In this document: one piece after another, positions 53,399 to 62,641 of the stretch | Position numbering within the stretch: position 1 is the stretch's first letter | How the letters are laid out: each line of letters begins with the position of its first letter | DNA from: Thermoanaerobaculia bacterium | GTDB taxonomy: Bacteria; Acidobacteriota; Thermoanaerobaculia; UBA5066 | NCBI GenBank assembly: GCA_022071945.1 | Contig: JAJVIN010000002.1 | Span: forward strand, 104,941-168,940 | Direction of reading: 5' to 3' | Length of the DNA stretch: 64,000 bases | Translations under genes and position numbers: made by a program | The notes under the pieces: generated by a model | Databases searched by the model: none | Told to the model about the DNA's origin: nothing | What the model saw: the letters and a program-made list of their open reading frames with translations, nothing else

Positions 53399-55311
53399 CT
53401 CACGAGGAGCCCGTAGCGCGACACCTCGTAGTCATCTCTGTCCGCGCGAGACTCGTCGTACGAGTAGTGCTGGACGAAGGCGGAGAGTTCCGTCTTCGCG
53501 GACGCCCGAACGCTCACTCGCCCGTTCACCGTCCAGGATGTCAGCGGCCACGTGTCGCCGTCGTCCTCGACGCGAGAGCCGTCGGCCGCGATCCGGACCA
53601 GGCCGAGCGTGACGTGTCCGGCGGCTGTGAAGGTGACAGCGGAGAGGTCGTAGATCGAGGTGCCCGGGATGCCGCCAGACGGCGCCGGGAGGAGGATCCC
53701 GGTCTCTGAGTGGAAGTTGCTGATGTTCACCCCGGCGCTGATTCCGTGGAGGGCGGACGGGTGCTCCCAGCCGGCCGTGAGGCCGCCGGACTTGGACTGC
53801 CTGTCGAGAGCGGCCTCGGCGGGCGGGTTGGACCCTTCCTCCCAGCGTCCGTGTACGGAAGCCGAGAATCCCCCTGACAGAGTGAGCTGAAGGCGGCCGG
53901 TCAGGCGGTCAACTGTTTCGGGTTCCGTCCGGAAGACGAAGCCGTCGAAGGCTCCGTGTTCGTACTCGGCCGAGAGCCGGAATCCCGATGGAAGGTTGAG
54001 CGAGGCTCCAGCAACCGTGCCTCGGGTGTCGCGCTCGGCGTCATGAGCGGGCTCGGCCTGCGTGGTCTTCCAGGAAACATCCCGCTGGGCCGCGAATCCG
54101 CCTGCCCAGATCGCGAACGTCCTGGCTTCCCAGGCGATCTCGATTCGGCCTCCCTGGTCCTTCGTGTCGAACATCCCGGCTTCGTCGATCGGAAGGACGA
54201 TGTCGTTCACATGTCCCGTGGGGCTCGTCAGCCGCAGCAGCCGCTGTCCCAGAAGAGTGGAGTCGGTCCGGGAGTCGTTCAGGTTGCCGAAGAGGCGGAG
54301 CTTCAGGTTCTGGGTGATCGCGAATCCCATCCTGAGGTTGGCGGCCCAGGTGTCCATCGTCGCGGACCCAGCCGTCTGGTCGAGGTTCTCGATCCGGCCG
54401 ATCTGTCCCCCCGAGAGGTCGAACACCTTCGAGCCATCGCCGGTGGTGTCGAGATCCGGCCTGCTGAAAAGGAGGCTGCCCGTGACCTCGAAGCGCGTCG
54501 AGGTGTACGAGGCCATGGCTCGCGTCGTCGGGATGACCTGCTTGTCCTCTCGTGTGCTCGTTGCGCCGGTCAGAGGGTTGACGAGGCTGCCGGGTCCGCC
54601 GGGAGACCAGCGGTCCTTGCGAGATGCCCAGGCAAGTGCCTGCTCGATGGAGCCGTGAAAGCTTCCGAGGCCCTTGGTTTCGAGCCGGACCGCTCCTTCG
54701 AGCTGATTTCGATCGAACGCGACCGCGAGCGGATAGATCTGGTTGAGGCCGAGGAAAGGCTGGATCGCGTTCCCGGTTCGCTCGAGGTACCGCGCCCGAA
54801 GCGAAAGCCGGAGCTTCTCGAGACCTTCGTAGACCGCCCCGGCCTTCCAGCGGCTGATGGACCAGGTGTCCGTCCTCGCCGACAGATCGGACTCCTGGAT
54901 CTCGAAGGCGGAGTCACGACGGTCGTATCCGAGATCGATTCGCCAGCAAGGGGCCGGGAGAAACCTGAGATGAGCCTTCTGATAGGGCTCGGATCCGCCG
55001 AACCCCCACGCTTCGGCTGAGAGAAGCTCGCTCCCGTCCTTGGCCGCCAGTTTCAGGGAGAGGTCCTCCAGAGAAACGCCCTCGCCGAGGTAGTGCTGGG
55101 TCTTGAAAGACCCGAGACTTCCCGAGTCGCTCCTCCAGACGTATCCCGCCGTGATCGACCCGGTGAGGCCTTCCGCCGCCATTTCAGGAGCCAGGACGAG
55201 GCCCGTCGTCAGCGCGGCAGTCGCGAGCCACCTGAGGGGCGCCCCGAGGCGCCGCGATCGTCCTGCCTGACCATCGGCCCCTCGTTGCGGTCGCCGCCGC
55301 TCCCGTCTCAT
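53386..55311 (-). CDS. Outer-membrane beta-barrel porin, MtrB/PioB-like (second copy)
   Basis: 641 aa from ATG 55311 (MRRERRR), preceded by AGGAGG. Signal-like LRWLATAALTTGLVLAPEMAA. Strand-rich sequence ending in the C-terminal motif LLVRWDF. Immediately upstream of the decaheme gene. Confidence 0.72.
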   Translation of the reverse strand: MRRERRRPQRGADGQAGRSRRLGAPLRWLATAALTTGLVLAPEMAAEGLTGSITAGYVWRSDSGSLGSFKTQHYLGEGVSLEDLSLKLAAKDGSELLSAEAWGFGGSEPYQKAHLRFLPAPCWRIDLGYDRRDSAFEIQESDLSARTDTWSISRWKAGAVYEGLEKLRLSLRARYLERTGNAIQPFLGLNQIYPLAVAFDRNQLEGAVRLETKGLGSFHGSIEQALAWASRKDRWSPGGPGSLVNPLTGATSTREDKQVIPTTRAMASYTSTRFEVTGSLLFSRPDLDTTGDGSKVFDLSGGQIGRIENLDQTAGSATMDTWAANLRMGFAITQNLKLRLFGNLNDSRTDSTLLGQRLLRLTSPTGHVNDIVLPIDEAGMFDTKDQGGRIEIAWEARTFAIWAGGFAAQRDVSWKTTQAEPAHDAERDTRGTVAGASLNLPSGFRLSAEYEHGAFDGFVFRTEPETVDRLTGRLQLTLSGGFSASVHGRWEEGSNPPAEAALDRQSKSGGLTAGWEHPSALHGISAGVNISNFHSETGILLPAPSGGIPGTSIYDLSAVTFTAAGHVTLGLVRIAADGSRVEDDGDTWPLTSWTVNGRVSVRASAKTELSAFVQHYSYDESRADRDDYEVSRYGLLVRWDF

Positions 55312-55511
55312 CACGACACCTCCTGGCGTCTCGAAACCGCATGGCGAACGCCCGGATTTCGAGTCCGTCAAATGGTATCGACGGGCTCGGCGGTGGGATC
55401 TGAAGACTTTCTGAAGATCGCTTCAGGTCTCCGCAGCGGAGGCGGGAGCCGCACGACGCACCGGCACCCCCCGAGTTGAACCTCACGGTTCGCTGGCCCA
55501 TCCCCCAGGTC

Positions 55512-55626
55512 GCACGAAGGGCGGGCACGAGGCCCGCCCTTCGGATTCTGACTCGAAGTGAATGGGGCTATCGCAACGCTGCCAGGGAGACCGCCGACGC
55601 CGCCGCGCGGGCGAGGTCGAGGAGGG
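55512..55626. repeat. Right copy of ~115-bp direct repeat: the functional nuoN 3' end (last ~19 codons) plus its terminator hairpin
   Basis: See the left copy. The hairpin is at 55516-55542 and the nuoN stop at 55568-55570. Confidence 0.9.
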
Positions 55627-57034
55627 CCTTCGGCGCGATTCCGAGGATCAGCATTCCGGCCATGACCAGGAGGTACGACGCTCCGGAAAGCACGTCTTCC
55701 TCGGGGAGGTTCACCTCTCGGCCCGGCTCCTTCATCCACAGAAAGTAGACGACGCGCAGGTAGTACCCGACGGAGATCAGGCTTCCGAAGACGCCCACGA
55801 TCGTCAGCCACACGAGCCCCTGGTCGACGGCTGCCTTGAAGACGACGAGCTTGCCGATGAACCCGACAGTCGGGGGCAGGCCCGTCAACGAGATCATCGC
55901 GATCGTCAGCACCCACGCGGGGCCCGGGCGCTTCTTCCCGAGGCCAGAGAGGTCCGCGAGCGTGTGCGGCCCTTTTTCGCCGTTGGAGAGAACGCCGACC
56001 GCGAGGAACGCGGCGATGTTGGTGATCAGGTAGCCCGCCAGGAAGAACAGGAGCCCCTCGAAGGCGTCCTTCGTGAAGGTGGCGAGACCAATCGCGGCGT
56101 ACCCCATCTGCGCGATGCCCGAGTAGGCGAGCATGCGCTTCAGGTCACGCTGGGCGAGCGCCACGACGTTGCCGTAGAGGATCGAGATCGTTGCCAGGAT
56201 CGCGAGAAGGGGAGTCCAGGGTTCGCCCAGCCCAGCGGGGGCGAGAGCCTGGAGAACCCGCACCATGACGATCGCGGCCGCGGCCTTGGGGGCCGTCGAG
56301 AGGAACGCGATCGCTGGCGTCGTCATTCCCTGGTAGACGTCCGGGGCCCAGGAGTGGAAGGGGACCAGCGAGAGCTTGAATCCGAGCGCCGCGATGACGG
56401 CCAGAAGGCCGAGCGCGAGGAGCGGATCCAGGAGAGGCGAGTGGGTCCCAGAGAGTTCCGCCAGCTTCGCGAGTTGCGTCGAGCCCATCCGGCCGTAGAT
56501 GGTGGCGATCCCGAAGAGCAGGAAAGCCGAAGAGAACGCTCCCATCAGGAAGTACTTCATCCCCGCCTCGACGGCTTCGGGGAGCTCCCGATACCAGGCC
56601 GCCAGGACGTAGAGACCGAACGACATCAGCTCGAGCCCGAGGAAGACGATGAGCAGATCGTTCCCCTTGACCATGAGCATCAGGCCGGACGCGGACCAGA
56701 GAAGCAGGCCGAAGAACTCACCGTGCCCCTTGTTGTCCCGCTGAAGGAGTGCGGTGCCGCCCAGAATGGCGAGAGCCAGGGCCATGAGTGTCAGCAGGTC
56801 GACGAAGCGGGTCAGGTCGGAGGCCTCGATGGCGCCGGCGAAGAACTTGCCCGGCGTGTAGTGGCTCGAGAAGTTCGCGATGACGACGCCGGCCAGGGCG
56901 ATATACGGAAACGAGGGACGGGAGAACTTCGCGAAGGCGTCGAGCAGGACGAGAAGGAGCCCCGTCGCAACGAGGATCAGCTCCGGAGCCACGGCCCAGA
57001 AATCCGCGCTCGTGAGTTGGATGGAGATGGGCAT
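55568..57034 (-). CDS. nuoN: NADH-quinone oxidoreductase subunit N
   Basis: 488 aa polytopic antiporter-like subunit. Last gene of the nuo run. Confidence 0.9.
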   Translation of the reverse strand: MPISIQLTSADFWAVAPELILVATGLLLVLLDAFAKFSRPSFPYIALAGVVIANFSSHYTPGKFFAGAIEASDLTRFVDLLTLMALALAILGGTALLQRDNKGHGEFFGLLLWSASGLMLMVKGNDLLIVFLGLELMSFGLYVLAAWYRELPEAVEAGMKYFLMGAFSSAFLLFGIATIYGRMGSTQLAKLAELSGTHSPLLDPLLALGLLAVIAALGFKLSLVPFHSWAPDVYQGMTTPAIAFLSTAPKAAAAIVMVRVLQALAPAGLGEPWTPLLAILATISILYGNVVALAQRDLKRMLAYSGIAQMGYAAIGLATFTKDAFEGLLFFLAGYLITNIAAFLAVGVLSNGEKGPHTLADLSGLGKKRPGPAWVLTIAMISLTGLPPTVGFIGKLVVFKAAVDQGLVWLTIVGVFGSLISVGYYLRVVYFLWMKEPGREVNLPEEDVLSGASYLLVMAGMLILGIAPKALLDLARAAASAVSLAALR

Positions 57035-57059
57035 CTCTACAGACTCTCCTCTCTTCGTC

Positions 57060-58598
57060 TCACGGGTGCAAGCGCGCCGCCTCGAGCACGAACGTGATCG
57101 ACGGCTTCAGGAGATCCAGAACGGGGCCGGGGTAGACACCCAGGATCACGATGCCCGCGACCAGGGGCATCGCTCCGAGAAACTCCCAGATGTTGATGTC
57201 CGTCAGTCCGTTGTTGACGGGCTGCGTGACCGGTCCCCAGAAGACCTTCTGGATCAGCGTGAGCATGTAGATGGCCGAAAGGATCATCCCGGTGGCCGCG
57301 ATGGCGCACCAGACGACGTTGACCTTGAAGACTCCGGCGAGGATCAGGAACTCCCCGATGAAGCCGTTCAGACCGGGAAGGCCGATCGAGCCGAGGGTCG
57401 CGATGACGAAGAGCGTCGTCGTCACCGGCACCTGCCGCGCGACGCCGCCGTAGTCCGCCATCTCTCTCGTGTGCCGGCGGTCGTAGAGAACGCCGACGAG
57501 CATGAAGAGAAGTCCCGTCGTCAGACCGTGGCCGATCATCTGGTAGATCGCCCCGGCCGCCGCCTCGGCGTTGCCAGCGAAGATCCCGAGCACGACGAGC
57601 GCAAGGTGGCTGACCGAGGAGTAGGCCACCAGTTTCTTCATGTCCTTCTGCGCCGCGGCCACCCAGGCCCCGTAGACGACGCCGACGAGCGCGAGCCCCA
57701 CGATCAGCGGGGTGAACTTCATCGTCGCGTTCGGGAAGAGCGGAAGCGCAAAGCGCATCAGACCGTACGTTCCGAGCTTCAGGAGAACACCCGCCAGGAT
57801 GACGGATCCGCCCGTCGGCGCCTCGACGTGGGCGTCCGGGAGCCAGGTGTGGAGCGGCCACAGCGGGACTTTCACGAGGAAGGCGAGCGCGAATGCCCCG
57901 AAGACCAGGGCTTCCATCCCGGGAGTGAGCGCCCACGCATTCGACTTCGCCGCGTTCATCCAGTCGAGAAGCGAGAACGAGAGGATTCCCGTCGTCTTCT
58001 GGTGCTGGATCGCCAGGAAGAGGATCGCGATGAACATCAGGAGCGAGCCGACGAGCGTGAAGAGGAAGAACTTCATCGCCGCGTAGATCCGCCGCTTGCC
58101 GCCCCAGATGCCGATGATGAAGTACATCGGGACGAGCATCACTTCCCAGAAAACGTAGAAGAGGATGGTGTCGAGAGCGACGAGGCTTCCGAGCATCCCC
58201 GTCTCGAGGATGAGGAAGGAGACGACGTAGCCCTTGAACCGCTGGAGGTCCTGACCCGCGGCCACGAGGAGGACGCAGAACGTCAGGAGGGTTGTCAAAA
58301 CGACGAGGGAGAGCGCGAAGCCGTCGATTCCGAGCTGATAGCGGATCCCGAGGCTCTCCATCCACGGGTAGTCCACCCGGAACCCCGAGATCCCCGGGGT
58401 GGCCGGATCGAATCGAAGGGCGATCTTCGCGGAGACGAGAAGAGTCGCCCCCGAGAAGAGGAGCCCCATGGCCCGGATCGCCTGTTTCGCCTCCGCCGGG
58501 ACGGCGAGGAGAAGAAGCGCTCCGAGCGACGGCAGGAACAGGAGCGTCGTCAGAATGTCGGCGCCCAGAAGGTCCAGCGAAGTAATCGAGTCAAGCAT
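57060..58598 (-). CDS. nuoM: NADH-quinone oxidoreductase subunit M
   Basis: 512 aa antiporter-like subunit. Position between nuoL and nuoN. Confidence 0.9.
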   Translation of the reverse strand: MLDSITSLDLLGADILTTLLFLPSLGALLLLAVPAEAKQAIRAMGLLFSGATLLVSAKIALRFDPATPGISGFRVDYPWMESLGIRYQLGIDGFALSLVVLTTLLTFCVLLVAAGQDLQRFKGYVVSFLILETGMLGSLVALDTILFYVFWEVMLVPMYFIIGIWGGKRRIYAAMKFFLFTLVGSLLMFIAILFLAIQHQKTTGILSFSLLDWMNAAKSNAWALTPGMEALVFGAFALAFLVKVPLWPLHTWLPDAHVEAPTGGSVILAGVLLKLGTYGLMRFALPLFPNATMKFTPLIVGLALVGVVYGAWVAAAQKDMKKLVAYSSVSHLALVVLGIFAGNAEAAAGAIYQMIGHGLTTGLLFMLVGVLYDRRHTREMADYGGVARQVPVTTTLFVIATLGSIGLPGLNGFIGEFLILAGVFKVNVVWCAIAATGMILSAIYMLTLIQKVFWGPVTQPVNNGLTDINIWEFLGAMPLVAGIVILGVYPGPVLDLLKPSITFVLEAARLHP

Positions 58599-58604
58599 CG
58601 TCGG

Positions 58605-60737
58605 TCAGCGCATCCAGATGTACAGGGTGAAGCCCAGGACACCCAGCACGAAAGTCAGTGCGTAGTTCCGCACGTTCCCGGTGGTGAAGAATCGGACGAG
58701 GTCGCCCGTCAACTCGACCATGAAGGCCGATGCATTGACGAGCCCGTCGATGAAGAGGGCGTCGAAGCCGCGCCACAAGAAGGTCCCGATCTTCCGGAAG
58801 GGGGAGAGCACGAGAGCTTCGATCCCCTCGTCCACGTTCCACTTGTTGGCGACGACCTTGCCGAGCGTTCCGGTCTTCTCGAAGAAGGCATGCGCGGCCG
58901 GAGACGCGATGATGTCCTCGGGCGCGGCTCCCGGCGTGAACTTCGCGTCCTGCCCCGTGTACCACTTGAAGGCCAGGAAGATGCCCGCGCCCGCGACCGC
59001 CAGCGACACCGCCATCAAGAGGTACTCGGTTGCGTGCGAGACCTCGTGCGCGTGCATCTTGCCGACGCTTGGTGAAAGGAACTCCACCATCAGGTTCTTC
59101 CCGAAGACCTCGGGGAGTCCGAGGAATCCGGTCAGGACCGACCCGGCCCCGAGGATCCAGAGAGGCACGGTCATCGTCAGAGGCGATTCGTGGATGTGGC
59201 TCTCTTGCTCGGGTGTTCCGCGGTACGTGCCCGAGAACGTCATCCGGTAGAGCCGGAACATGTAGAAGGCCGTCATTCCCGCCGTGACGAGGCCGACCGC
59301 GAAGAGGATGTAATGGCCGCCCGCGAAGGCCGACCCGAGGATCTGGTCTTTCGAGAAGAAGCCGGCGAACGGCACGATGCCGGCGATGGCGAGCGCCGAG
59401 ACCAGCATCGTCAGGTGAGTGGCGGGGGTCTTCTTCGCGAGGCCTCCCATGGCCCTCATGTCCTGCTCGTGGTGGAGGGCGTGGATCACCGAACCCGACC
59501 CGAGGAAGAGACAGGCCTTGAAAAAGGCGTGGGTGAAGACGTGGAACATGCCGATCGCGAACGCTCCGACCCCGCACGCCAGGAACATGTACCCGAGCTG
59601 GGAGACGGTCGAGTAGGCGAGGACCTTCTTGATGTCGTTTTGAGCCAGGCCGATCGAAGCGGCCAGGATCGCCGTTCCGGCCCCCACCCACGCGACGAGC
59701 GTCAGGGCGTCGGGGGCCAGGAGGAAGACGGCCGAGCAGCGGGCCACGAGGTAGACGCCCGCGGTGACCATCGTGGCGGCGTGGATGAGGGCGGAAACCG
59801 GTGTCGGACCCGCCATCGCGTCCGGAAGCCAGACGTACAGGGGAACCTGGGCGCTCTTGCCGCAGGCACCCAGGAAAAGGAGCGCGCAGACCGCGTAGAC
59901 GCCGAGGGGAGTGCCGGACGCCATTTGTTGTTGACGCGCCATGTCGACGAACGAGAAGTCGGTCGTCCCGAAGAGCGCCAGGATGCCGAAGATCCCGAGC
60001 ACCATTCCGAAGTCGCCGACCCGGTTCGTCACGAACGCCTTCTTCCCGGCCGCCGCCGCGAAGTCCTTGTCGTAGTAGTAGCCGATCAGGAGGTAAGAGC
60101 AGAGGCCCACGCCCTCCCAGCCGATGAAGAGCATCGGCAGGTTGTTTGCGAGAACCAGCATCAGCATCGAGAACATGAAGAGGTTGAGGTAGGCGAAGAA
60201 CCGGCCGTACCCTGCCTCTGCCTGCATGTACCCGACGCTGTAAAGGTGGATGAGCGTTCCGACGAAAGTGACGAACGACAGCATCAGGGCCGACAGCGCG
60301 TCGATCCTGAAGGCGATGTCGATCGAGAGTCCGCCCACCTGGATCCAGTGGTAGAGCGTCTCGACGATGGGCCGGGCGCCCTCGACGTTGCTCATCACGC
60401 TCTTGGCGTAGGGCACCAGGATGCCGAAGGAGAGAACCGTGGCGAGCCCGACGGTGCCCACGCCCACGACGCCGTGAAAGAGGCGCAGCGCCCACGGGAG
60501 CATGGGCCCCGTGTCGTGGTGTCCGTGATCGTGACCGTGTGCGTCGTGCGAGTCATGGGCGCCGTGCGCGGCCTCGTGGGATCCGTGGTCGTGACCGTGT
60601 CCCTCGTCCGGATGCGCCTTCCTCCACTCCTCCCCCCGCTTTTGCGCCTGCGCGGCGCCGTAGAGGAGAGAGGCGAGCCCGTTGAGGAGGAAGCCCAGCA
60701 GGGGGAGGGCAGGGATCAGCCAAATCGGGTAGTTCAT
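58605..60737 (-). CDS. nuoL: NADH-quinone oxidoreductase subunit L with His/Asp-rich insertion after TM1
   Basis: 710 aa. WEGVGLCSYLLIGYYY motif and a long C-terminal lateral-helix region. The insertion reads HPDEGHGHDHGSHEAAHGAHDSHDAHGHDHGHHD. Confidence 0.9.
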   Translation of the reverse strand: MNYPIWLIPALPLLGFLLNGLASLLYGAAQAQKRGEEWRKAHPDEGHGHDHGSHEAAHGAHDSHDAHGHDHGHHDTGPMLPWALRLFHGVVGVGTVGLATVLSFGILVPYAKSVMSNVEGARPIVETLYHWIQVGGLSIDIAFRIDALSALMLSFVTFVGTLIHLYSVGYMQAEAGYGRFFAYLNLFMFSMLMLVLANNLPMLFIGWEGVGLCSYLLIGYYYDKDFAAAAGKKAFVTNRVGDFGMVLGIFGILALFGTTDFSFVDMARQQQMASGTPLGVYAVCALLFLGACGKSAQVPLYVWLPDAMAGPTPVSALIHAATMVTAGVYLVARCSAVFLLAPDALTLVAWVGAGTAILAASIGLAQNDIKKVLAYSTVSQLGYMFLACGVGAFAIGMFHVFTHAFFKACLFLGSGSVIHALHHEQDMRAMGGLAKKTPATHLTMLVSALAIAGIVPFAGFFSKDQILGSAFAGGHYILFAVGLVTAGMTAFYMFRLYRMTFSGTYRGTPEQESHIHESPLTMTVPLWILGAGSVLTGFLGLPEVFGKNLMVEFLSPSVGKMHAHEVSHATEYLLMAVSLAVAGAGIFLAFKWYTGQDAKFTPGAAPEDIIASPAAHAFFEKTGTLGKVVANKWNVDEGIEALVLSPFRKIGTFLWRGFDALFIDGLVNASAFMVELTGDLVRFFTTGNVRNYALTFVLGVLGFTLYIWMR

Positions 60738-60747
60738 GTCTGCCCCC

Positions 60748-61071
60748 CTACCACTTCAAGAGGTTGATCTTGTCGACGTCGACCGTGCTTCGGGCACGGA
60801 AGAGCGCGACGAACATCGCGAGACCGATCGAGGCTTCGGCGGCGGCGATGGCGATGACGAAAAAGACGATCACCTGGCCCGAGATGTCCCCCCGCATCCG
60901 CGCGTAGGTCAGCAGGAGCAGGTTGGCCGCGTTCATCATCAGCTCGATTGAGAGGAAGATCGAAAGAGCGTTCCGCTTCAGGAGCGCACCGGCCATCCCG
61001 ATGAAGAAGAGCAACGTTCCGACGGTCAGGTACGCCGCGGGCGCCACGGCCATCGGTTCCACAGCGTTCAC
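60748..61071 (-). CDS. nuoK: NADH-quinone oxidoreductase subunit K
   Basis: 107 aa with three TM helices. Overlaps the nuoJ stop. Confidence 0.9.
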   Translation of the reverse strand: MNAVEPMAVAPAAYLTVGTLLFFIGMAGALLKRNALSIFLSIELMMNAANLLLLTYARMRGDISGQVIVFFVIAIAAAEASIGLAMFVALFRARSTVDVDKINLLKW

Positions 61072-61586
61072 TCGAACCTCCGCTTCGACAGGATGAGGGC
61101 GCCGACCGCGGCGAGCAGGAGCAGGACTGACAGCGCCTCGAAGGCCAAGAGGTAGTCCGTGAACAGGACCTTCCCGAGGAGCGGGATCTCGTCCTTGGCC
61201 GGGATCAGGAACGGTCCGTTCCCGACCGGCACTGGCGGGTTTCCGGCCCGGAGCGTCAGTCCCGTCACCAGCCCTCCCAGCCCGAGGACGGCGAGGATTC
61301 CGAGATAGAAGTGGATCTTCCTCGTCTCCTTGTCCGCGGCCTCCTGCTCGAGGTTGAGGAGCATGATGACGAAGAGGAAGAGGACGAGGATCGCGCCCGC
61401 GTAGACGATCACCTGGAGCGCAGCGATGAAGGGCGCGGCCAGGAGCACCGAGAGGATCGCGAGCCCGAAGAAGGTCACGACGAGGGACAGGACGCTCTTG
61501 ACCGGCTTTCTCTGAAAGAGCATCACCAGGGAGAAGACGATCGCGAGCGCCGAGGCAAGGGCGAAGACGATGGTTTCGGTGTTCAT
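61068..61586 (-). CDS. nuoJ: NADH-quinone oxidoreductase subunit J
   Basis: 172 aa from ATG 61586 (MNTETIVFALASALAIVF), with GGGAGGA upstream. The longer track start (61730) was rejected because it would overlap nuoH. Confidence 0.88.
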   Translation of the reverse strand: MNTETIVFALASALAIVFSLVMLFQRKPVKSVLSLVVTFFGLAILSVLLAAPFIAALQVIVYAGAILVLFLFVIMLLNLEQEAADKETRKIHFYLGILAVLGLGGLVTGLTLRAGNPPVPVGNGPFLIPAKDEIPLLGKVLFTDYLLAFEALSVLLLLAAVGALILSKRRFE

Positions 61587-61600
61587 GCCCGTCCTCCCTC

Positions 61601-62641
61601 TCACGCCTTCCCGGCAGCGACCAGGATCGCCACGTACAGCAGGTTGAGGACCGACAGCGGCAAGAAGACCTTCCAGCCGAGATCCATGAGCTGGTCGTAG
61701 CGGAAGCGTGGGAGCGTCCAGCGGACCCACAGGAAGATGAAGATGAAGAGCCCTGTCTTGGCGGCGAAGACCGCGATGGAGAGGAGCGCGCCGGCGACTC
61801 CCGTGAAGGCGATTCCGGGGAGCGACCAGCCGCCGAAGTAGAGCGTCACGATGAGGGCAGAGGCCGCCACCATGTTCGCGTACTCACCCATGAAGAACAT
61901 CGCGAACTTGAAGGCCGAGTACTCGGTGTGGTACCCGGCGACGAGCTCCGCCTCGGCCTCTGGGAGGTCGAAGGGGAGCCGGTTCGTCTCCGCAAAGGCC
62001 GAGATGATGAAGATCACCGCGCCCAGGATCTGCGGGACGACGTTCCAGATGTGCTGCTGCTGGTAGGCCACCACCTCGGGCAGGCGGAGCGACCCGGCGG
62101 TCATGAAGACGCCGATCGCCGAGATCCCCATCGCCAGCTCGTAGCTGATGATCTGGGCGGACGATCGGATGCCGCCGAGGAGCGAGAACTTGTCGTTCGA
62201 TGTGTAGCCCGCCAGGACGATGCCGTAGATGCCGATCGACGTCAGGGCGAACATGTAGAGAACGCCCACGTTGACGTCCGCGATGATGAGCGGGACGTCG
62301 TAGGTCTGGCCGCCGAGAGTGACCGGAAGGCTCGACCCGAACGGGATGATGGCGAAGGTCGTGATGGCGGGGACGAGAGTGATCCAGGGCGCGAGGTTGA
62401 AGAGGAAGCGGTCCGCGTAGGTCGGCGTGACGTCTTCCTTCATGAAGAACTTGATCGCGTCGGCCAGGGACTGGAAGAGGCCCAGGGGGCCCACCCGGTT
62501 CGGGCCGGGGCGGTCCTGGATGAAGGCGGCCACGCGCCTCTCCGCCCAGATCAGCATGGGCAGGAGGGCTGCCAGGACGACGCCCCAGACGAAGGCGATC
62601 TTCGCGCCGGCCGCCGCGACATTGAAGAGTTCCGGGCTCAA
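61601..62641 (-). CDS. nuoH: NADH-quinone oxidoreductase subunit H
   Basis: 346 aa. RKVAAFIQDRPGPNRVGP-like N-terminal motif, EAEAELVAGYHTEYS motif. Confidence 0.92.
   Translation of the reverse strand: MSPELFNVAAAGAKIAFVWGVVLAALLPMLIWAERRVAAFIQDRPGPNRVGPLGLFQSLADAIKFFMKEDVTPTYADRFLFNLAPWITLVPAITTFAIIPFGSSLPVTLGGQTYDVPLIIADVNVGVLYMFALTSIGIYGIVLAGYTSNDKFSLLGGIRSSAQIISYELAMGISAIGVFMTAGSLRLPEVVAYQQQHIWNVVPQILGAVIFIISAFAETNRLPFDLPEAEAELVAGYHTEYSAFKFAMFFMGEYANMVAASALIVTLYFGGWSLPGIAFTGVAGALLSIAVFAAKTGLFIFIFLWVRWTLPRFRYDQLMDLGWKVFLPLSVLNLLYVAILVAAGKA

Larger units (their letters stand above)
45057..55626. mobile_element. Putative old integrated genomic island bounded by the nuoN-3'-end direct repeats; no intact integrase seen
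   Basis: Direct repeats lie at both ends. The cargo is a kinase with visibly lower GC, a CusRS-like two-component system and a porin-cytochrome cluster. A gene-free ~470 bp stretch follows the left repeat. Confidence 0.4.
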
